A stretch of 64,000 nt of DNA from Naegleria gruberi (lineage: Eukaryota), in the NCBI GenBank assembly GCA_000004985.1, contig GG738935.1. The stretch is one strand, 5' to 3'. Under the pieces are notes generated by a model. The model made no database searches. It was not told the origin of the DNA and worked only from the letters and a program-made list of their open reading frames with translations. Below are positions 10,616-22,968 of this stretch, piece after piece. The first letter of the stretch is position 1. Each line of letters opens with the position of its first letter. Made by a program: the position numbers and the translations under genes.

Positions 10616-12268
10616 TTAATCCTCCAAAATTGATTTGATTTTGTTGTCTGTTTCTTTTAATAAACCTTTCTTAATATTATTGAGCTCGTGATAAATTAAT
10701 TTGAAAACATCATCACCCAACCTCACAAATGTGTAAACTTGTGTGAATTGAATAAATTCATCCAAACAATCTCTCTTAGCTGCAATCATTGCCTTAAAGT
10801 ATGCTGCCACAACTTCTTTTGTGAATTGGAACTCTTCAGTCTTGGCACGTCTCATTAATAAATTAGCATCAATATAATTACCAGTCTTTTCGAAAATATT
10901 AAACATAATGATCAAGGTTTCCTCGTTAAATTTTCCAATGTGATGGAAAATTGTTTCAACTCTATCAAATCTTTCCTTAATCAAGCAATATTTCAATAGA
11001 CAATTTTGAATTTCCAAAACCTCAGTAACTCCACTCAACCCTACCAAATCATGGGCGACTTCAAAGATATCAATATATTTACCAACTCCAGGAATTTTAG
11101 ATTGAACTGAAGGATCGAATATATTCACATCTTCATTCAAAAATTCAAGGAATAACCTTATATAAACTTGATTGATATTTCCATTATTTAAAATGTTTTG
11201 GAAAATCTGTGCAAGTTGATCCTTGTCCATGATTCTGATAGCATTAATAATAGATTTAAATACCAATGGATGATTATAGAAAAATAGTGGTTCTACATTT
11301 TGAGTATCCGCCAGTAATACTTTGAAATTTTCAAACAAATTAGTTGGAAGAGCCTCTACATCAAGTACAAATGAATTGGCATACATGTCTCTTGTGTATT
11401 TTTCCCAATTTCCTTTTGTAAATAATTCATCTTTGAATGTGTCCTTCACCAAATTGAAGAAGGAATAAATTAATTTAGATGTTCTATTGTTGTATAAATT
11501 ACTACAAATGCTCTTGTACATTTGTAAAGTTGGCAATACTTCACCTGTTTGTAATTTAGTTAATAGAGGTTTAATATCATCATACATTGTTTCCTTTTCC
11601 ATAAATTTGAAAATAGCTTCAAAAACCTCAACAGTATATAATGAAATTGGTCGATTAATTAAAACTTCTCTAAAAATTGAAATACCCATATTATAGAATT
11701 GACATCTTCTCTCACCAAACATTTCATATAATTTAACAATATAAATTTCATTGGATTTTCCTTTAAATACCTTTTCAAGTGCACCTCTATGTTGTTTCAC
11801 TTGTTTATATTGAGATTCAATAGTACTGTGAATATTTCCTAAAATTGAAATTTTAAATAAATAAATATTCAACTCTGCAATGACATTCTTTGATTCCTCA
11901 CTATTTTCAACCTTTAATTGATTGGTAATCTCCTTACTGACAAAGTATGATTTTGATACAAATTCATTATCCACCAAACTAGTATTTTGTTCAACCATCT
12001 TTAAAGTACCATGTAAAACATTAACAATAGAATTAACATGTTCCGAAGCGTTAAATGTTTTTCTATTTAAATGTTCATGTAAATCTCCAACTGTAAGTGA
12101 TGAAACATCAATTATACTTTTGGTAGAATAATTTAAAACTCCCTCTCTACTATTGTAATTATTAGTATTAGCATTATTAGAAATATTTAATGATGATAAC
12201 CATCCAGACTTGGCATTCACTCTTCTTCCGATAATTGATGATGATGATGATGGAGTGAGAATTTTCAA
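10616..12268 (-). CDS. Hypothetical 550-aa protein, probably alpha-helical repeat (PPR/TPR-like), with a Ser-rich basic N-terminus suggestive of a mitochondrial presequence.
   Basis: Continuous ORF. N-terminus MKILTPSSSSSIIGRRVNAKSGW. The rest is rich in regularly spaced hydrophobic/aromatic helical segments. No recognisable catalytic motif. Confidence 0.35.
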   Translation of the reverse strand: MKILTPSSSSSIIGRRVNAKSGWLSSLNISNNANTNNYNSREGVLNYSTKSIIDVSSLTVGDLHEHLNRKTFNASEHVNSIVNVLHGTLKMVEQNTSLVDNEFVSKSYFVSKEITNQLKVENSEESKNVIAELNIYLFKISILGNIHSTIESQYKQVKQHRGALEKVFKGKSNEIYIVKLYEMFGERRCQFYNMGISIFREVLINRPISLYTVEVFEAIFKFMEKETMYDDIKPLLTKLQTGEVLPTLQMYKSICSNLYNNRTSKLIYSFFNLVKDTFKDELFTKGNWEKYTRDMYANSFVLDVEALPTNLFENFKVLLADTQNVEPLFFYNHPLVFKSIINAIRIMDKDQLAQIFQNILNNGNINQVYIRLFLEFLNEDVNIFDPSVQSKIPGVGKYIDIFEVAHDLVGLSGVTEVLEIQNCLLKYCLIKERFDRVETIFHHIGKFNEETLIIMFNIFEKTGNYIDANLLMRRAKTEEFQFTKEVVAAYFKAMIAAKRDCLDEFIQFTQVYTFVRLGDDVFKLIYHELNNIKKGLLKETDNKIKSILED

Positions 12269-12380
12269 AGCCTTGACCTATTTAATGCTAAAATTGATGT
12301 TTTCATTTTTTTAAAGTTTGCAAATCATTTTAATATATAATTTAAATAATATATTATTTAATACAGTGTTTGATGTTAAA

Positions 12381-13433
12381 TTACAATTGCTTCTTTATTG
12401 AGAGAATATCAGTGACTGGAATGTTCTTCACGCAACCAGTAAAAGTGAGAGAAGGTGTTTTTTTGTGTGAAGAAATTTCTTCAATGGACAAGTATTTCAA
12501 ATTTTCTAAAGTTGTCTTATCTTCAAACATTTTCGAAACTCTTCCCATAATGATTTTGCTTGTTGGTGCACCAACATTTAGTTGTTGAGATTGAGGTATT
12601 TTAATTTCCAATTGACAAACATTTCCAACTGAGAGCATTAATAATGATCCACTTCCAATAATACATGATGAATAGTAATCATAGTGATTGGATGGTGGTG
12701 ATTTGTAATCCTTCATAGCCCATGAAAATGTCAAAGATTGAATTGTTACTGAATTAGTTTGTTGTTGTGAATTAGTTTGTGAGAGAGGATTTGTTAATTT
12801 TTCAATGTAACAATCATTATCAATAGTGTTGACTTGATCATCATTTTCAACATAATATCCACATCTTTGTTTGAGTTCTTTAGCGTCACGAACAACAAAA
12901 ACTCTTCCAGTAATTGTATTAAGAGGAATTTCACCCTCTAAATCTGTCATATATCTTCTGAAATCATCCTTCTTTTTCATTAAATCCTCTCCTACTACAC
13001 CCATCATTGATTTAACCTCTTCATGGGATCTCAACATTTGTACTTTACATTTCTTAATATTTCCCATAAAAGTACAAGAATAAACACTTGTAATTTTACC
13101 TTCATGAATAGTTGGAGGTTCAGTTTGACTCACAAAAATGTTAAACTGAATAAAGTCTCCAATCCAAAACATTTGTTCCCTAACAATTTCATTGTTAGTC
13201 GACTTGTATGTTCTTTTAAAGCCTTTATAATATTTATTTCCGTCCTTTTCTGTTAGAAAGGTATGAAGAGTATCTTCGTATGTGACGGAATTTTGTGATA
13301 GATTAAATACTTGTTGATTTGTTGTGGTTGTTGTGGATGGTGTTGGTACCATAATCGAAGAATCAAAATCAAATGATTGTGGCACTGTACCACCTTGAAT
13401 AGGATTTGATGAAGATAAATCGAATGAAGTCAT
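12381..13433 (-). CDS. Hypothetical 350-aa protein, possible BAH-like domain.
   Basis: Continuous ORF. The segment FWIGDFIQFN...HEGKITSVYSCTFMGNIKKCKVQMLRSHEEV...ITGRVFVV loosely resembles the BAH pattern. Only 112 bp separate its stop from the upstream gene. Confidence 0.3.
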   Translation of the reverse strand: MTSFDLSSSNPIQGGTVPQSFDFDSSIMVPTPSTTTTTNQQVFNLSQNSVTYEDTLHTFLTEKDGNKYYKGFKRTYKSTNNEIVREQMFWIGDFIQFNIFVSQTEPPTIHEGKITSVYSCTFMGNIKKCKVQMLRSHEEVKSMMGVVGEDLMKKKDDFRRYMTDLEGEIPLNTITGRVFVVRDAKELKQRCGYYVENDDQVNTIDNDCYIEKLTNPLSQTNSQQQTNSVTIQSLTFSWAMKDYKSPPSNHYDYYSSCIIGSGSLLMLSVGNVCQLEIKIPQSQQLNVGAPTSKIIMGRVSKMFEDKTTLENLKYLSIEEISSHKKTPSLTFTGCVKNIPVTDILSIKKQL

Positions 13434-13688
13434 TTTTTTTAATTTTTATTTGAATGGCGGGAAATTTTAACTTAACGTTCACAAGGCTGATATAAAATTC
13501 TATCGTCATATTTCCATCATTTAAATTAAATCTAACTTGGTATTGTTCCAGCATTAACCACCTATAGTTTTATTCCATCATTAAAAGTCTAATTTATAGG
13601 CTTTACAAAATTTAAAAACTTGAACCAGAGTTTGCAATGCCTCTCAAATAAGTCTTTGGTTCGGAGAGGATTTTGTTCCTTCAAAAAA

Positions 13689-14818
13689 ATGTTCAAGTCT
13701 ACTGCTACTTCCACCCGTTCTGTTCTTCGCTCTGCTGTTCAAAAGCAAAGCATTGTCTCTTGCAGATCATTCCACCAATCTGCCATGTTGAATCAACACA
13801 GAGAAAAATTACGTATTGGTTTTATTGGTCTTGGTCAAATGGGTGCTAGGTAGGTATGAATTTAGGCTTTTCCGATACATGATATGATTAATTATCAATA
13901 ATAACAAATAGAATGGCTCCTAATCTCCTCAAGGCTGATTCCAACGCTTATGAAGTTTTTGCCTATGATGTTATGGATTCTAATATTGAAATGACCACCA
14001 AGAAACAATCAAAGATTAATGCTTGTAAATCTATCGATCAAATTATGCAACAAAATCCAGATTGTGTTATTACCATGTTGCCAACAACCAAGATTGTCAC
14101 TCAAGTTTATGATGAAGTTGTTTCATTAAAGAAGAAATATGGAGCTTCTGAAAAAATTAGAACTGTCTGTATTGATAGTAGTACTGTTGATCCAAAGACT
14201 GTTCAAGATATTGAACAATTAATCAAGAGAGAACAATTGAATATGAGTGTAATGGATGCTCCAGTCAGTGGTGGTGTTAATGGTGCTGAAAATGCAACCC
14301 TTACTTTCATGGTTGGTACTGATAATAAGGTTGATTTTGAATTTGCTCAAAAGAATATTCTCTCAAAGATGGGTAAATCAATTGTTTTGTGTGGAGAAAA
14401 AGTTGGTATGGGTCAAGTTGCCAAATTGTGTAATAACTTGGTTTTGGGTATCTCAATGGCTGGTGTCAGTGAAGCTTTAGTTTTGGGAACCAAATTGGGT
14501 ATGGATCCAAAGGTTTTGAGTCAAATCTTTGGTACCTCAACTGCTCAATGTTGGTCTGTTACTGCTTACAATCCATTCCCAGGTGTTATGGAAAATGTTC
14601 CAAGTAGTAGAAATTATGAAGGTGGTTTTGCTGTCAATTTGATGTTGAAGGATCTTGGTTTGGTCAATAGTGCTGCTAAGAATATTGATTATGATTTGGC
14701 TATGGGTCAACACGTTCAAGAATTGTACAAGCAAGCTTCTGAACATGGATTGGGTGGTAAAGACTTTGGTGCCATTCTCAAATATTTCCAAGAACAATTA
14801 GAAAACAAGCAAAAGTAA
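13689..14818 (+). CDS. HIBADH: 3-hydroxyisobutyrate dehydrogenase (HIBADH family), mitochondrial precursor. Two exons: 13689..13849 and 13912..14818.
   Basis: Exon 1 has an MTS-like N-terminus MFKSTATSTRSVLRS and the NAD-binding fingerprint IGFIGLGQMGAR. Donor GTAGGT at 13850 and acceptor ..AAATAG at 13911 (62-nt intron) restore the frame to ..GAR|MAPNLLK. Exon 2 carries the conserved C-terminal HIBADH region (FGTSTAQCWSVTAYNPFPGVMENVPSSRNYEGGFAVNLMLKDLGL). Confidence 0.9.
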
Positions 14819-15098
14819 CTCAATAATTTCAAATTTTATTTTTTAATTTATTTTTTTTAAAACACGTTTTTGGCTTACTTTGATCAACATAATTCTCTAC
14901 TACAATCGAGTTGATCAGTTAATTGTATTCCCATTATGATCATAATGAAATAAGAGAGCTTCCTGATTGTGTCTGTCCTATACCACCCAACTTATCTGAA
15001 ATAAAGGTCGTGTTCTTCATAAGAAGATCTGAAGAGAGAAAATTTGATCGTCATCATCAAGGCACAACAACAATAACAATAAAAAAACAACTAAAAAA

Positions 15099-17234
15099 AT
15101 GCTTTCACAATTGTTCTTCATACCTACACGTAAAAAGGACATTCTTCTGCGTATAGCAATTCTCGCAGCCATCTACGTCTTGGCTTTCTGTGTGAGGCTT
15201 TTTTCAGTATTTAGATATGAAAGTGTTATTCACGAATTTGATCCATACTTTAACTTTCGTTCAGCTAAATATTTAGTAGAAAATGGATGGTATGATTTCT
15301 ACAATTGGTTTGATGATTTCTCATGGTACCCAATTGGACGTGTGGTCGGAGGTACAGTATATCCAGGTATTCAAATCACTGCTGCTTTTATGTATTGGAT
15401 TTTAAGAGCCATCAATTTTACAGTAGACTTGAGAAATGTTTGTGTTTTGACTTCTCCATTCTTTGCTTCCAACACTGCTATGATTACTTATGCTTTTACT
15501 AACGAAATTTCCGGACCAAGTGCTGCTTTGGTATCATCAATTTTAGTTGCTCTTGTTCCTGGTTATATTTCTCGTTCTGTTGCTGGTTCTTTTGATAACG
15601 AAGGTGTTGCCATCTTTGCTTTGATTTGTACCTTCTACCTCTTTGTTAAGAGTGTTAGAACCGGATCACTTTTCTGGAGTGCTGTAGCTTGTTTGTCATA
15701 CTTTTACATGGTCAACGCTTGGGGTGGTTATGTTTTCATTATTAACTTGATTCCTGTCTATGTTTTAGTTTTATTAGTTACAGGAAGATTCTCCCATCGT
15801 TTATATGTTGCTTATAGTTCCTTCTATATTTTAGGTACATTGTTATCAATGCAAGTTAGATTTGTTAATTTCCAAGCTGTTCAAACAAGTGAACATTTGG
15901 GTGCTATGGGTGTTTTCATCTTACTTCAACTTGTTAACTTTGTTAATTGGATTAGATCACTTCTTGATGCTAAAATGTTCCAAAGATTATTCGGATTTGT
16001 TGTTTCTTCCTTTGTTTTAACTGCTGGTTTGGCAATCTTGATTGGAAGTGCTACTGGTTATATTGCTCCATGGACTGGTAGATTCTATGCTATGCTTGAC
16101 CCAACTTATGCCAAGAAACATATTCCAATTATTGCTTCTGTTTCTGAACATCAACCTACAACTTGGGCAAGTTTCTTCTTTGATTTACACATTTTGGCTT
16201 TATTGTTCCCTGTTGGTTTGTACTTCTGTTTCCGTGAATTGACTGAAGCTTCCATCTTTATCATTATGTATGGTATGTTCAGTGTTTACTTTGCAGGTGT
16301 CATGGTTCGTTTGATCCTTGTCCTTGCTCCTGCTGCTTGTGTTCTTTCTGGTATTGGTATTTCCAAGACTTTGAAGACTTACATGAGAGCTCTCAAAGCA
16401 AAGACTCCAAAACAAGAAACAACAACAACTGCTTCTCAAGATCCAAAGAAGAAGTCATCAACTCCAGAAAAGCCATCTCAAAATCCACTTCCAAAGGAAA
16501 TTGCTGCTATTATGGTTATTGCTATGACTTTCCTTTTGACTTTCTATGTTATTCACTGTGTTTGGGTTACTTCTGAAGCTTATTCTTCACCATCTATTGT
16601 TTTGGCTGCTCGTGGTCACAATGGTAGAAGAATTATTTTCGATGACTTTAGAGAAGCTTATTATTGGTTGAGTGAAAATACTAAACCAGATGCTAAGGTC
16701 ATGTCTTGGTGGGATTATGGTTATCAATTAACTGCTATGGCTAACAGAACTGTTTTGGTTGATAACAATACTTGGAACAATACTCACATTGCTACTGTCG
16801 GTAGAGCTATGGCTTCTAATGAAGCTAAGGCTTACAAGATTATGAGAGGACTTGATGTTGATTACGTTTTGGTTATTTTCGGTGGTGTTACTGGATATGC
16901 CTCTGATGATATCAACAAATTCTTGTGGATGGTTCGTATTGGTGGAAGTTGTTACTCTGAAATTAAGGAAGCTGATTATTTGTCTCCAAGAGGTGAATAC
17001 AGAATTGATGCTGGTGGTTCTCAAACCATGTTGAACTCATTGATGTACAAATTGAGTTATTACAAGTTTGGTGAAATGACCACAGAATATCAAAGACCAC
17101 CTGGATTTGATAGAGTTCGTCAAGTTGAAATTGGTAACAAGCAGTTTGAATTGGAACATATGGAAGAAGCTTTCACTTCTGAACATTACATTGTTAGAAT
17201 CTTCAAGGTTAAGAAGGAATCTAACAGATCATAA
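15099..17234 (+). CDS. STT3: Oligosaccharyltransferase catalytic subunit STT3 (711 aa, multi-pass membrane).
   Basis: ATG at 15099. Diagnostic motifs [35 protein letters not shown] and [35 protein letters not shown] (WWDYG and DK-type motifs). About 13 TM segments in the N-terminal half. Confidence 0.95.
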   Translation: MLSQLFFIPTRKKDILLRIAILAAIYVLAFCVRLFSVFRYESVIHEFDPYFNFRSAKYLVENGWYDFYNWFDDFSWYPIGRVVGGTVYPGIQITAAFMYWILRAINFTVDLRNVCVLTSPFFASNTAMITYAFTNEISGPSAALVSSILVALVPGYISRSVAGSFDNEGVAIFALICTFYLFVKSVRTGSLFWSAVACLSYFYMVNAWGGYVFIINLIPVYVLVLLVTGRFSHRLYVAYSSFYILGTLLSMQVRFVNFQAVQTSEHLGAMGVFILLQLVNFVNWIRSLLDAKMFQRLFGFVVSSFVLTAGLAILIGSATGYIAPWTGRFYAMLDPTYAKKHIPIIASVSEHQPTTWASFFFDLHILALLFPVGLYFCFRELTEASIFIIMYGMFSVYFAGVMVRLILVLAPAACVLSGIGISKTLKTYMRALKAKTPKQETTTTASQDPKKKSSTPEKPSQNPLPKEIAAIMVIAMTFLLTFYVIHCVWVTSEAYSSPSIVLAARGHNGRRIIFDDFREAYYWLSENTKPDAKVMSWWDYGYQLTAMANRTVLVDNNTWNNTHIATVGRAMASNEAKAYKIMRGLDVDYVLVIFGGVTGYASDDINKFLWMVRIGGSCYSEIKEADYLSPRGEYRIDAGGSQTMLNSLMYKLSYYKFGEMTTEYQRPPGFDRVRQVEIGNKQFELEHMEEAFTSEHYIVRIFKVKKESNRS

Positions 17235-17472
17235 ATTGTAATCTTTAAAACTCTTGATATTTATATTAGTGAAATAACATTAATAAACAAAAAGTATATT
17301 AAATTACTGAACTATTTTTTTCACAATGCAATTTTCAGCTTACATTAACACAACGAACTGATAATAAGAGAGATATAGAATTTGATTGAAAATTATTTTG
17401 TAATAATTTATAATAAATTAAAATTGTGTTGGTGGAATTAGTTAAAAAATTAGGGAGGGAGATTTAGGAATA

Positions 17473-18159
17473 TTATACAATGTCTTCACTATTTACAATA
17501 TGTACAGATGCTTCTTTCATTTCTTGGAGGGCAATTTTTACAGAATCTTGTGACACTCCTCTACTAGCATCTTTGATTAAAAAAGTATTGTACCCCAGAG
17601 AAACAGAGTCCAAAGAGGTATATTTTACACAAACATCAAGAGCAACACCAGCAATATATGTATCAGTAATGCCATGGCTCTTAAGTATCTCGTCTAACTT
17701 GGTTTGATGTTTCTTATTATTATCGAAAAATCCACTGTATGAATCAACGTTGGTATTGCAACCCTTTTCTACTACAATATCATCATCTTCAACGATGAGA
17801 TCAGGATGAAATTCGGCACCTCTAGTTCCCTGCACACAATGCACAGGCCACATAATTTGTTCAGTTCCGTCTTCCATAATCTTTGTTGACATTACAGGCA
17901 TATCGTGATTAACAGCAAAACTGATATGGTTTCTAGGGTGGAAATCTTGGGTGAGTACGATCAAATCCCAATTTACTGATTGTCTAATGTTATTAAATAC
18001 TTCAATCACATCATTAGCATTATCTACAGCTAACGATCCTCCTTCCAGAAAGTCATTTTGTACATCTACTATAATCAAGGCTCTCTTACGGATCCTTCTT
18101 GGTGTTGGTTGTTCAACGGCAAAGCCATTGTTGAGGTGTAAGTTATATGTTGTGGTCAT
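17473..18159 (-). CDS. Nicotinamidase/pyrazinamidase (isochorismatase-family hydrolase, Pnc1-like).
   Basis: ATG at 18159. ALIIVDVQNDF (catalytic Asp), VVEKG (Lys) and GVALDVCVKYT (catalytic Cys) form the isochorismatase-family D-K-C triad, with an intervening metal-binding His-rich segment (FHPRNH). Confidence 0.85.
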   Translation of the reverse strand: MTTTYNLHLNNGFAVEQPTPRRIRKRALIIVDVQNDFLEGGSLAVDNANDVIEVFNNIRQSVNWDLIVLTQDFHPRNHISFAVNHDMPVMSTKIMEDGTEQIMWPVHCVQGTRGAEFHPDLIVEDDDIVVEKGCNTNVDSYSGFFDNNKKHQTKLDEILKSHGITDTYIAGVALDVCVKYTSLDSVSLGYNTFLIKDASRGVSQDSVKIALQEMKEASVHIVNSEDIV

Positions 18160-19507
18160 GTTTTTTTTTAGTTGAAGTTCTCTGTCATTGCATTCCTCGC
18201 TTGCTGATAAATTGCATTTGATGCGTTATTTTCGCTCTGAGAATTGAGAATTGGATATATTGGAACTTCCTTCAACGCATGGAAAATTGATGATCCAAGC
18301 CGTTTAAAAATAAACAAATGACGATGGCGGGAAAGTCACAGAGATGAACATTGAAATTCTCATGAAACCTTGCATAGGGCTTTGAGAATGAAACTTGTCA
18401 TCAATTAGCATGGGTAAAAAGATGTAAATTACAACTTGTAAATAATTAAGTAACAAATTGTAAATAACACAAAATGTTGAGAAAGATGAAGTTTCAATTT
18501 CGATTGTAAAAAGATGATAAAGAAAATGTTATACCAAAATTTGCACCAACCAATGCAACATAGAATGTTCAATAAATACGAAGGTGATCAACCCTTTCAA
18601 TTTCTTCAACAAACCTTACTGAACCAACAATCTCTCACCTGTAAAAAATCTTGTTTTTGACAATAATTGTAATACAATGGAAAATCTCACTGTATATCGG
18701 GCTGATTAGAGGAAAATTAATGATGAAGAATGTGATGATACAAGCGCGTAGCGAAACAATACCAATCCAAACAAGGTTGCATACGCTGATTGGCTTCCTT
18801 ATTTAATGATGTTACCTTAAAAATCCTTAATGATTCAACACCATTGAGAAAATGGAATCAGTTTTATTGGAGTATTGGTATTTTCCTCTCTTCTTTGATT
18901 AGATTATAACAAAACAACTTGAAGAGAAGTCATGCTTAAGTTGTTAATTGTTTTGTAAATAGATGGAAAATGGATTTTATGTTAAATGAATGACTACTTT
19001 CATGTACTATTTAAATATAATTGATTAAATTTGATCTCATAACCTTGCATCTAATAGTATCTGATGATTGCAATACATTTTTTAAGCTATTAATTCCTTA
19101 ATCAAGATTCAATTTAAACATGAGATTCAAAATTATAAGGATATTGCAAAACGAAATGATATTGCAACACTATTGTATCCAAAGATTATAGTGCATTGTT
19201 TATATCATCGTTGATTTCTTTTACCTGCCCAACAATGTAACCCGCCTTCATCATGATGATGGATCGGAGTGGGTTGTATCTTGTACAGCACCACGAATAG
19301 TTGTGTCGTCTTCCTTAAAAGAAACTTTAAATTTTCTCCTCCTCGATCAGTGAAAAAAGCATTAACAATCACCAAATTAACAACCAAACAAACACACGAA
19401 CAGGAGGCGCCTCACAACTTCTTTATTAAAAAAGAGAATCACACAATATTTCATCACCATCCTTTCATCAAAGATATCTGTACGCCTCTTGAAAAACAAT
19501 AGAGAAA

Positions 19508-19684
19508 ATGATGGATCAAGTTATTAGATATTTAAAAGATTGTGGTTTTGGATCGGACCAAATTAAACAATTATTAAGCGATAAGACAACCACTAAACAG
19601 TTTGAAGGAAGCCTTTCAAAATTATTAGAGACTCACTTTGATGAAAAAAAGAAGGAAACAATGCAACAACAGGAAAAGGTCTAA
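19508..19684 (+). CDS. Small 58-aa ORF (MMDQVIRYLKDCGFGSDQIKQLLSDK...). It shares an N-terminal motif with the F-box gene 250 bp downstream. It may be a paralog remnant, a separate small gene, or a first exon (GT follows the stop).
   Basis: ATG 19508 and TAA 19682-19684 read directly. Below the 60-aa track cut-off. The motif LKDCGFGSDQIKQLL matches LKDVGLSSDQIFQLL of the 19937 gene. Confidence 0.3.
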   Translation: MMDQVIRYLKDCGFGSDQIKQLLSDKTTTKQFEGSLSKLLETHFDEKKKETMQQQEKV

Positions 19685-19936
19685 ATTAGATGAGTTTAAC
19701 AAAGATGTACATTAGGTTTTAAAATTTTGTAGAGTTTAAAACAATGAAAACACACTATTTGCCAATCATAATATTCAATCTATTAACAAATTGTTGATAA
19801 TAACACACACTTGAAGAATAATCCATAGCTATGGTCAATCGAAGCCAAACAATTTGTATAAATATGTTGATATAACAAAAAATTATTATCTTTTAATTGT
19901 AAAATTATGACTTCTTAATTCTTTTAAACAAAAAAA

Positions 19937-21748
19937 ATGTCTCAAAAAGAACAAGAAGATAATCTCCTTCACAATTTAAAAGATGTTGGTTTGTCTTCGG
20001 ATCAAATTTTCCAACTCTTGATGGAGAAGGAAAAAACCCTTCAAAAACAGGAAGAAAGAAAAATCAAGGAATTAGAAAGTAATGGCAGACAAAGTACAAG
20101 CACTAGCCAATGCACAAATTCTAATCAAGACAATATTAGTAGAAAGAGAACACTTGAATCATCTCCAGCCATGTTATTAAATTTAATTAAGAAATCTAAG
20201 CGGAATGGTAAAACCTTGATGGATTTGTGTAACGATGAAATATTATTGATTTTTGAATATCTTTCAAACTTTGATGTATTTAAAATGTCACAATTATCTA
20301 AGGGATTTAGAGATTTAGTTGAACAAGTCAATGTATTACATTTGGTTACAAAAATAAGAAGTTCTACACTAATTCATTTTATGAACAGTAGATATTTTTA
20401 TAATATTCAAAAATTAATTATTGATATCACTATTCCTCATATTATTGCACAATCTGTTTTGACTTATTGTAATTCCAATAGATTGAAGGAACTAAAACTT
20501 ACTGTTGATGATAACTCTGAAGACACTCTTTCATTTTCCCAGTTCAAGGAATCATCATTCAAAAATTTGGAGAAGTTACATATTATTTGTGGAGAAAAAT
20601 ACGTAATCCAGTTGGATAATATCGAGCTATTCAATCTAACAGATTTGACAATTGATGGCGCTTGTTGCCCATTTCAATATTATTTAAATAAGCATGTTAA
20701 CAATATCACTAGATTGCATTTGGAAAAGGTTGAACATTGTACATTATCTGAACTTCCACTTGTTGAACTTAAACACTTAACTATAAGGGACAGTAATTTA
20801 TCAATAACAACTATTGCAAGCTTGTTAAATAATTCGGAATATTTGGAATATGTTAATCTCTTTAATGTTTATGGATTCGATAGTGATGAAGAGGACGAAG
20901 AGGAAGAGGACGATTCAATAGAAGTAGAATTACCTTCTTTACAAACTTTAATCATTAACAATGTTTGTCATACATTTACTTCTCTAATATTTAAATCAGA
21001 GATGCCAGATTTGAATTATTTCACAATTCAAAAGATGTTGAAATCAGATGCAGAAATATTAAAGGACAATGCATCTATTACATCTTTGAAAACGCTAAAA
21101 GTCGAGGAAGGGATTGAAGAAGGAGCCATGTCACTATTAGTGCAGTCTAGTACCTTCTTCAACGAAATAGAATGTATACGTATGGAATTTAAAAGTGAAA
21201 CAATAGATCCTAAATCTTTAGTGTATATCTCAAGCAAGCCTAATTTATTTCGTAACCTTACTGAATTGGTTTTACATACAATTGATGGCGGTAGTACAAT
21301 GGAAGGATATCAATCCTTCTTTACCTCTAAGAATATTTCTAATATCAAAAAATTATCTTTGGTATGTCCATGGGATTCTCAAGATTTGATTTTTTTAGCC
21401 AACACAACAGTTTTACCAGAGTTGACCAGACTAACCATTTTCGATACTCTCTATTATGAAAAATTTAATGATGATTTTTTCTCTACCTTTGCTAAAAATA
21501 GTAATTTCAAAAACTTGGAGGAGCTGAGAATTAGTTTCATTAATGATGATGGTATTAGAGAAATTTTAGACTCTCGCCATCTTAACAAATTGAAAAAGAT
21601 TGTTGTTAGTGAAATGGTTGTCACTGCTTGGGGATTCAAACAATTAGAGAATCGAGGATTGGAATGGACAACTTTTGAATCAATCAAAGAGGATTCTGAT
21701 AGCGAAGAGGAAGAAGAAGAAGAGGATGATGAGAATAGCGAACAATAA
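19937..21748 (+). CDS. F-box / leucine-rich-repeat protein with an acidic C-terminal tail (603 aa).
   Basis: F-box-like LCNDEILLIFEYLSNFDVFKMSQLSKGFRDLV, then LRR-like L-x-x-L repeats; acidic tail DSDSEEEEEEEDDENSEQ. ATG at 19937. Confidence 0.6.
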   Translation: MSQKEQEDNLLHNLKDVGLSSDQIFQLLMEKEKTLQKQEERKIKELESNGRQSTSTSQCTNSNQDNISRKRTLESSPAMLLNLIKKSKRNGKTLMDLCNDEILLIFEYLSNFDVFKMSQLSKGFRDLVEQVNVLHLVTKIRSSTLIHFMNSRYFYNIQKLIIDITIPHIIAQSVLTYCNSNRLKELKLTVDDNSEDTLSFSQFKESSFKNLEKLHIICGEKYVIQLDNIELFNLTDLTIDGACCPFQYYLNKHVNNITRLHLEKVEHCTLSELPLVELKHLTIRDSNLSITTIASLLNNSEYLEYVNLFNVYGFDSDEEDEEEEDDSIEVELPSLQTLIINNVCHTFTSLIFKSEMPDLNYFTIQKMLKSDAEILKDNASITSLKTLKVEEGIEEGAMSLLVQSSTFFNEIECIRMEFKSETIDPKSLVYISSKPNLFRNLTELVLHTIDGGSTMEGYQSFFTSKNISNIKKLSLVCPWDSQDLIFLANTTVLPELTRLTIFDTLYYEKFNDDFFSTFAKNSNFKNLEELRISFINDDGIREILDSRHLNKLKKIVVSEMVVTAWGFKQLENRGLEWTTFESIKEDSDSEEEEEEEDDENSEQ

Positions 21749-21923
21749 TTTTACTAATGCTTAATCAAACTGAAATTTTCTAGCGTTCATTGGAACTGAA
21801 ACCACTCCTTACCTTTTCATCTATTATATATCATTCATGCTTGAATGTTAGCTCAACATTAGTCTTAGAATTAAAACATGCACAGAAAACCATCAATTGT
21901 TCTATTATACTATTTACATTTAT

Positions 21924-22968
21924 TTACATTTTATTTGGTTTTAAGGTAATAATTACCAGCACTAGTGCCATTAGCAGAATTACAATTTCAAGAATTACTT
22001 TCATAAATCCCTTCTTAGTTTCTCCACCGTCATTTGAATCAAAGCTACTACTAGTATTCGAAACAGTTGATTCATTTCCATCACTGTCACTATCATCACA
22101 ATTCTCAATCATTTTCAATATTGATAGCATGTAATATATTCTGATCAGTGGTTTGATTTTCACACCAATTGCCTTATTCAAAATCACTCGCTCAATAAAT
22201 TTGGATTCCAAAATTGGTAGATTTTCTCCATATTTCAAAACAATTCCTTGTTCTTGCATGAATTGTTTTAGAAAATCTTGATTGGTGCAAAAGTTCAGTA
22301 TTGTGCTAATGATATTCCTTGTTAAACATTCTTGAGCTGTATTTCCATTCCTAGATTCTCTAATATTTACATCAATTCCATTCTCTATTAAATATTTAAC
22401 AATTTCAATACTATTGTAATGAGTGCAATAGTGTAACCATGAAAAATTGTGAGATTCTTCACAGATATCATTAATGTGAACTATTCCATTATCAATTAAG
22501 TATGTAGCACATTCCAAATTATTTACAAAACAACATTTTCTCATTGCTATCAATGGATTCAATCCAGAATCTATCAATACTTTCAATTCGTTCGCCTTCG
22601 TCTCCTTTCCAATACTTGTATCTTCAAGCATTTTACTATTTCCAGTTCCTTTATATCTTTCCTCTTCAACTCTATAACAAGTAATCATATTAGTAATTCT
22701 TCTATCTTTTGGAACTGACACAAAAACAGTCNNNNNNNNNNNNNNNNNNNNNNNNNNNNNNNNNNNNNNNNNNNNNNNNNNCCGATCTCAACATTCCATG
22801 AAATGTTCTTTCGAATAAAATTGCATGTGTGCGATCACTTTTATATGAAGTCAATGAAAGGTCAATACTTCCATCATCATAATCAATATCATTTTCATCA
22901 TTTTCTTCTTGTTGGCTCAATTTTTTCAAAGAGGCCGATGTTAATCTTGCATTTCTTGTTTTGTACAT
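21924..22968 (-). CDS. Ankyrin-repeat protein with a C-terminal transmembrane anchor. The CDS spans a 50-N scaffold gap (22732-22781), so the true length is unknown.
   Basis: ATG at 22968 (MYKTRNARLTSASLKK...). Downstream of the gap: ankyrin repeats (YLIDNGIVHINDICEESHNFSWLHYCTHYNSIEIVKYLIENGIDVNIRESRNGNTAQECL) and a C-terminal hydrophobic segment VILEIVILLMALVLVIITL. Confidence 0.6.
22732..22781. other. Scaffold gap (50 N) inside the ankyrin-repeat gene.
   Basis: Run of exactly 50 N. Confidence 1.

Noticed and set aside
18180-19500. 1.3-kb ORF-free interval that might hide a noncoding RNA
   Set aside because: No recognisable snRNA, rRNA or tRNA structure or conserved box could be identified by eye; most likely it is 5'/3' flanking sequence of the nicotinamidase and F-box genes.
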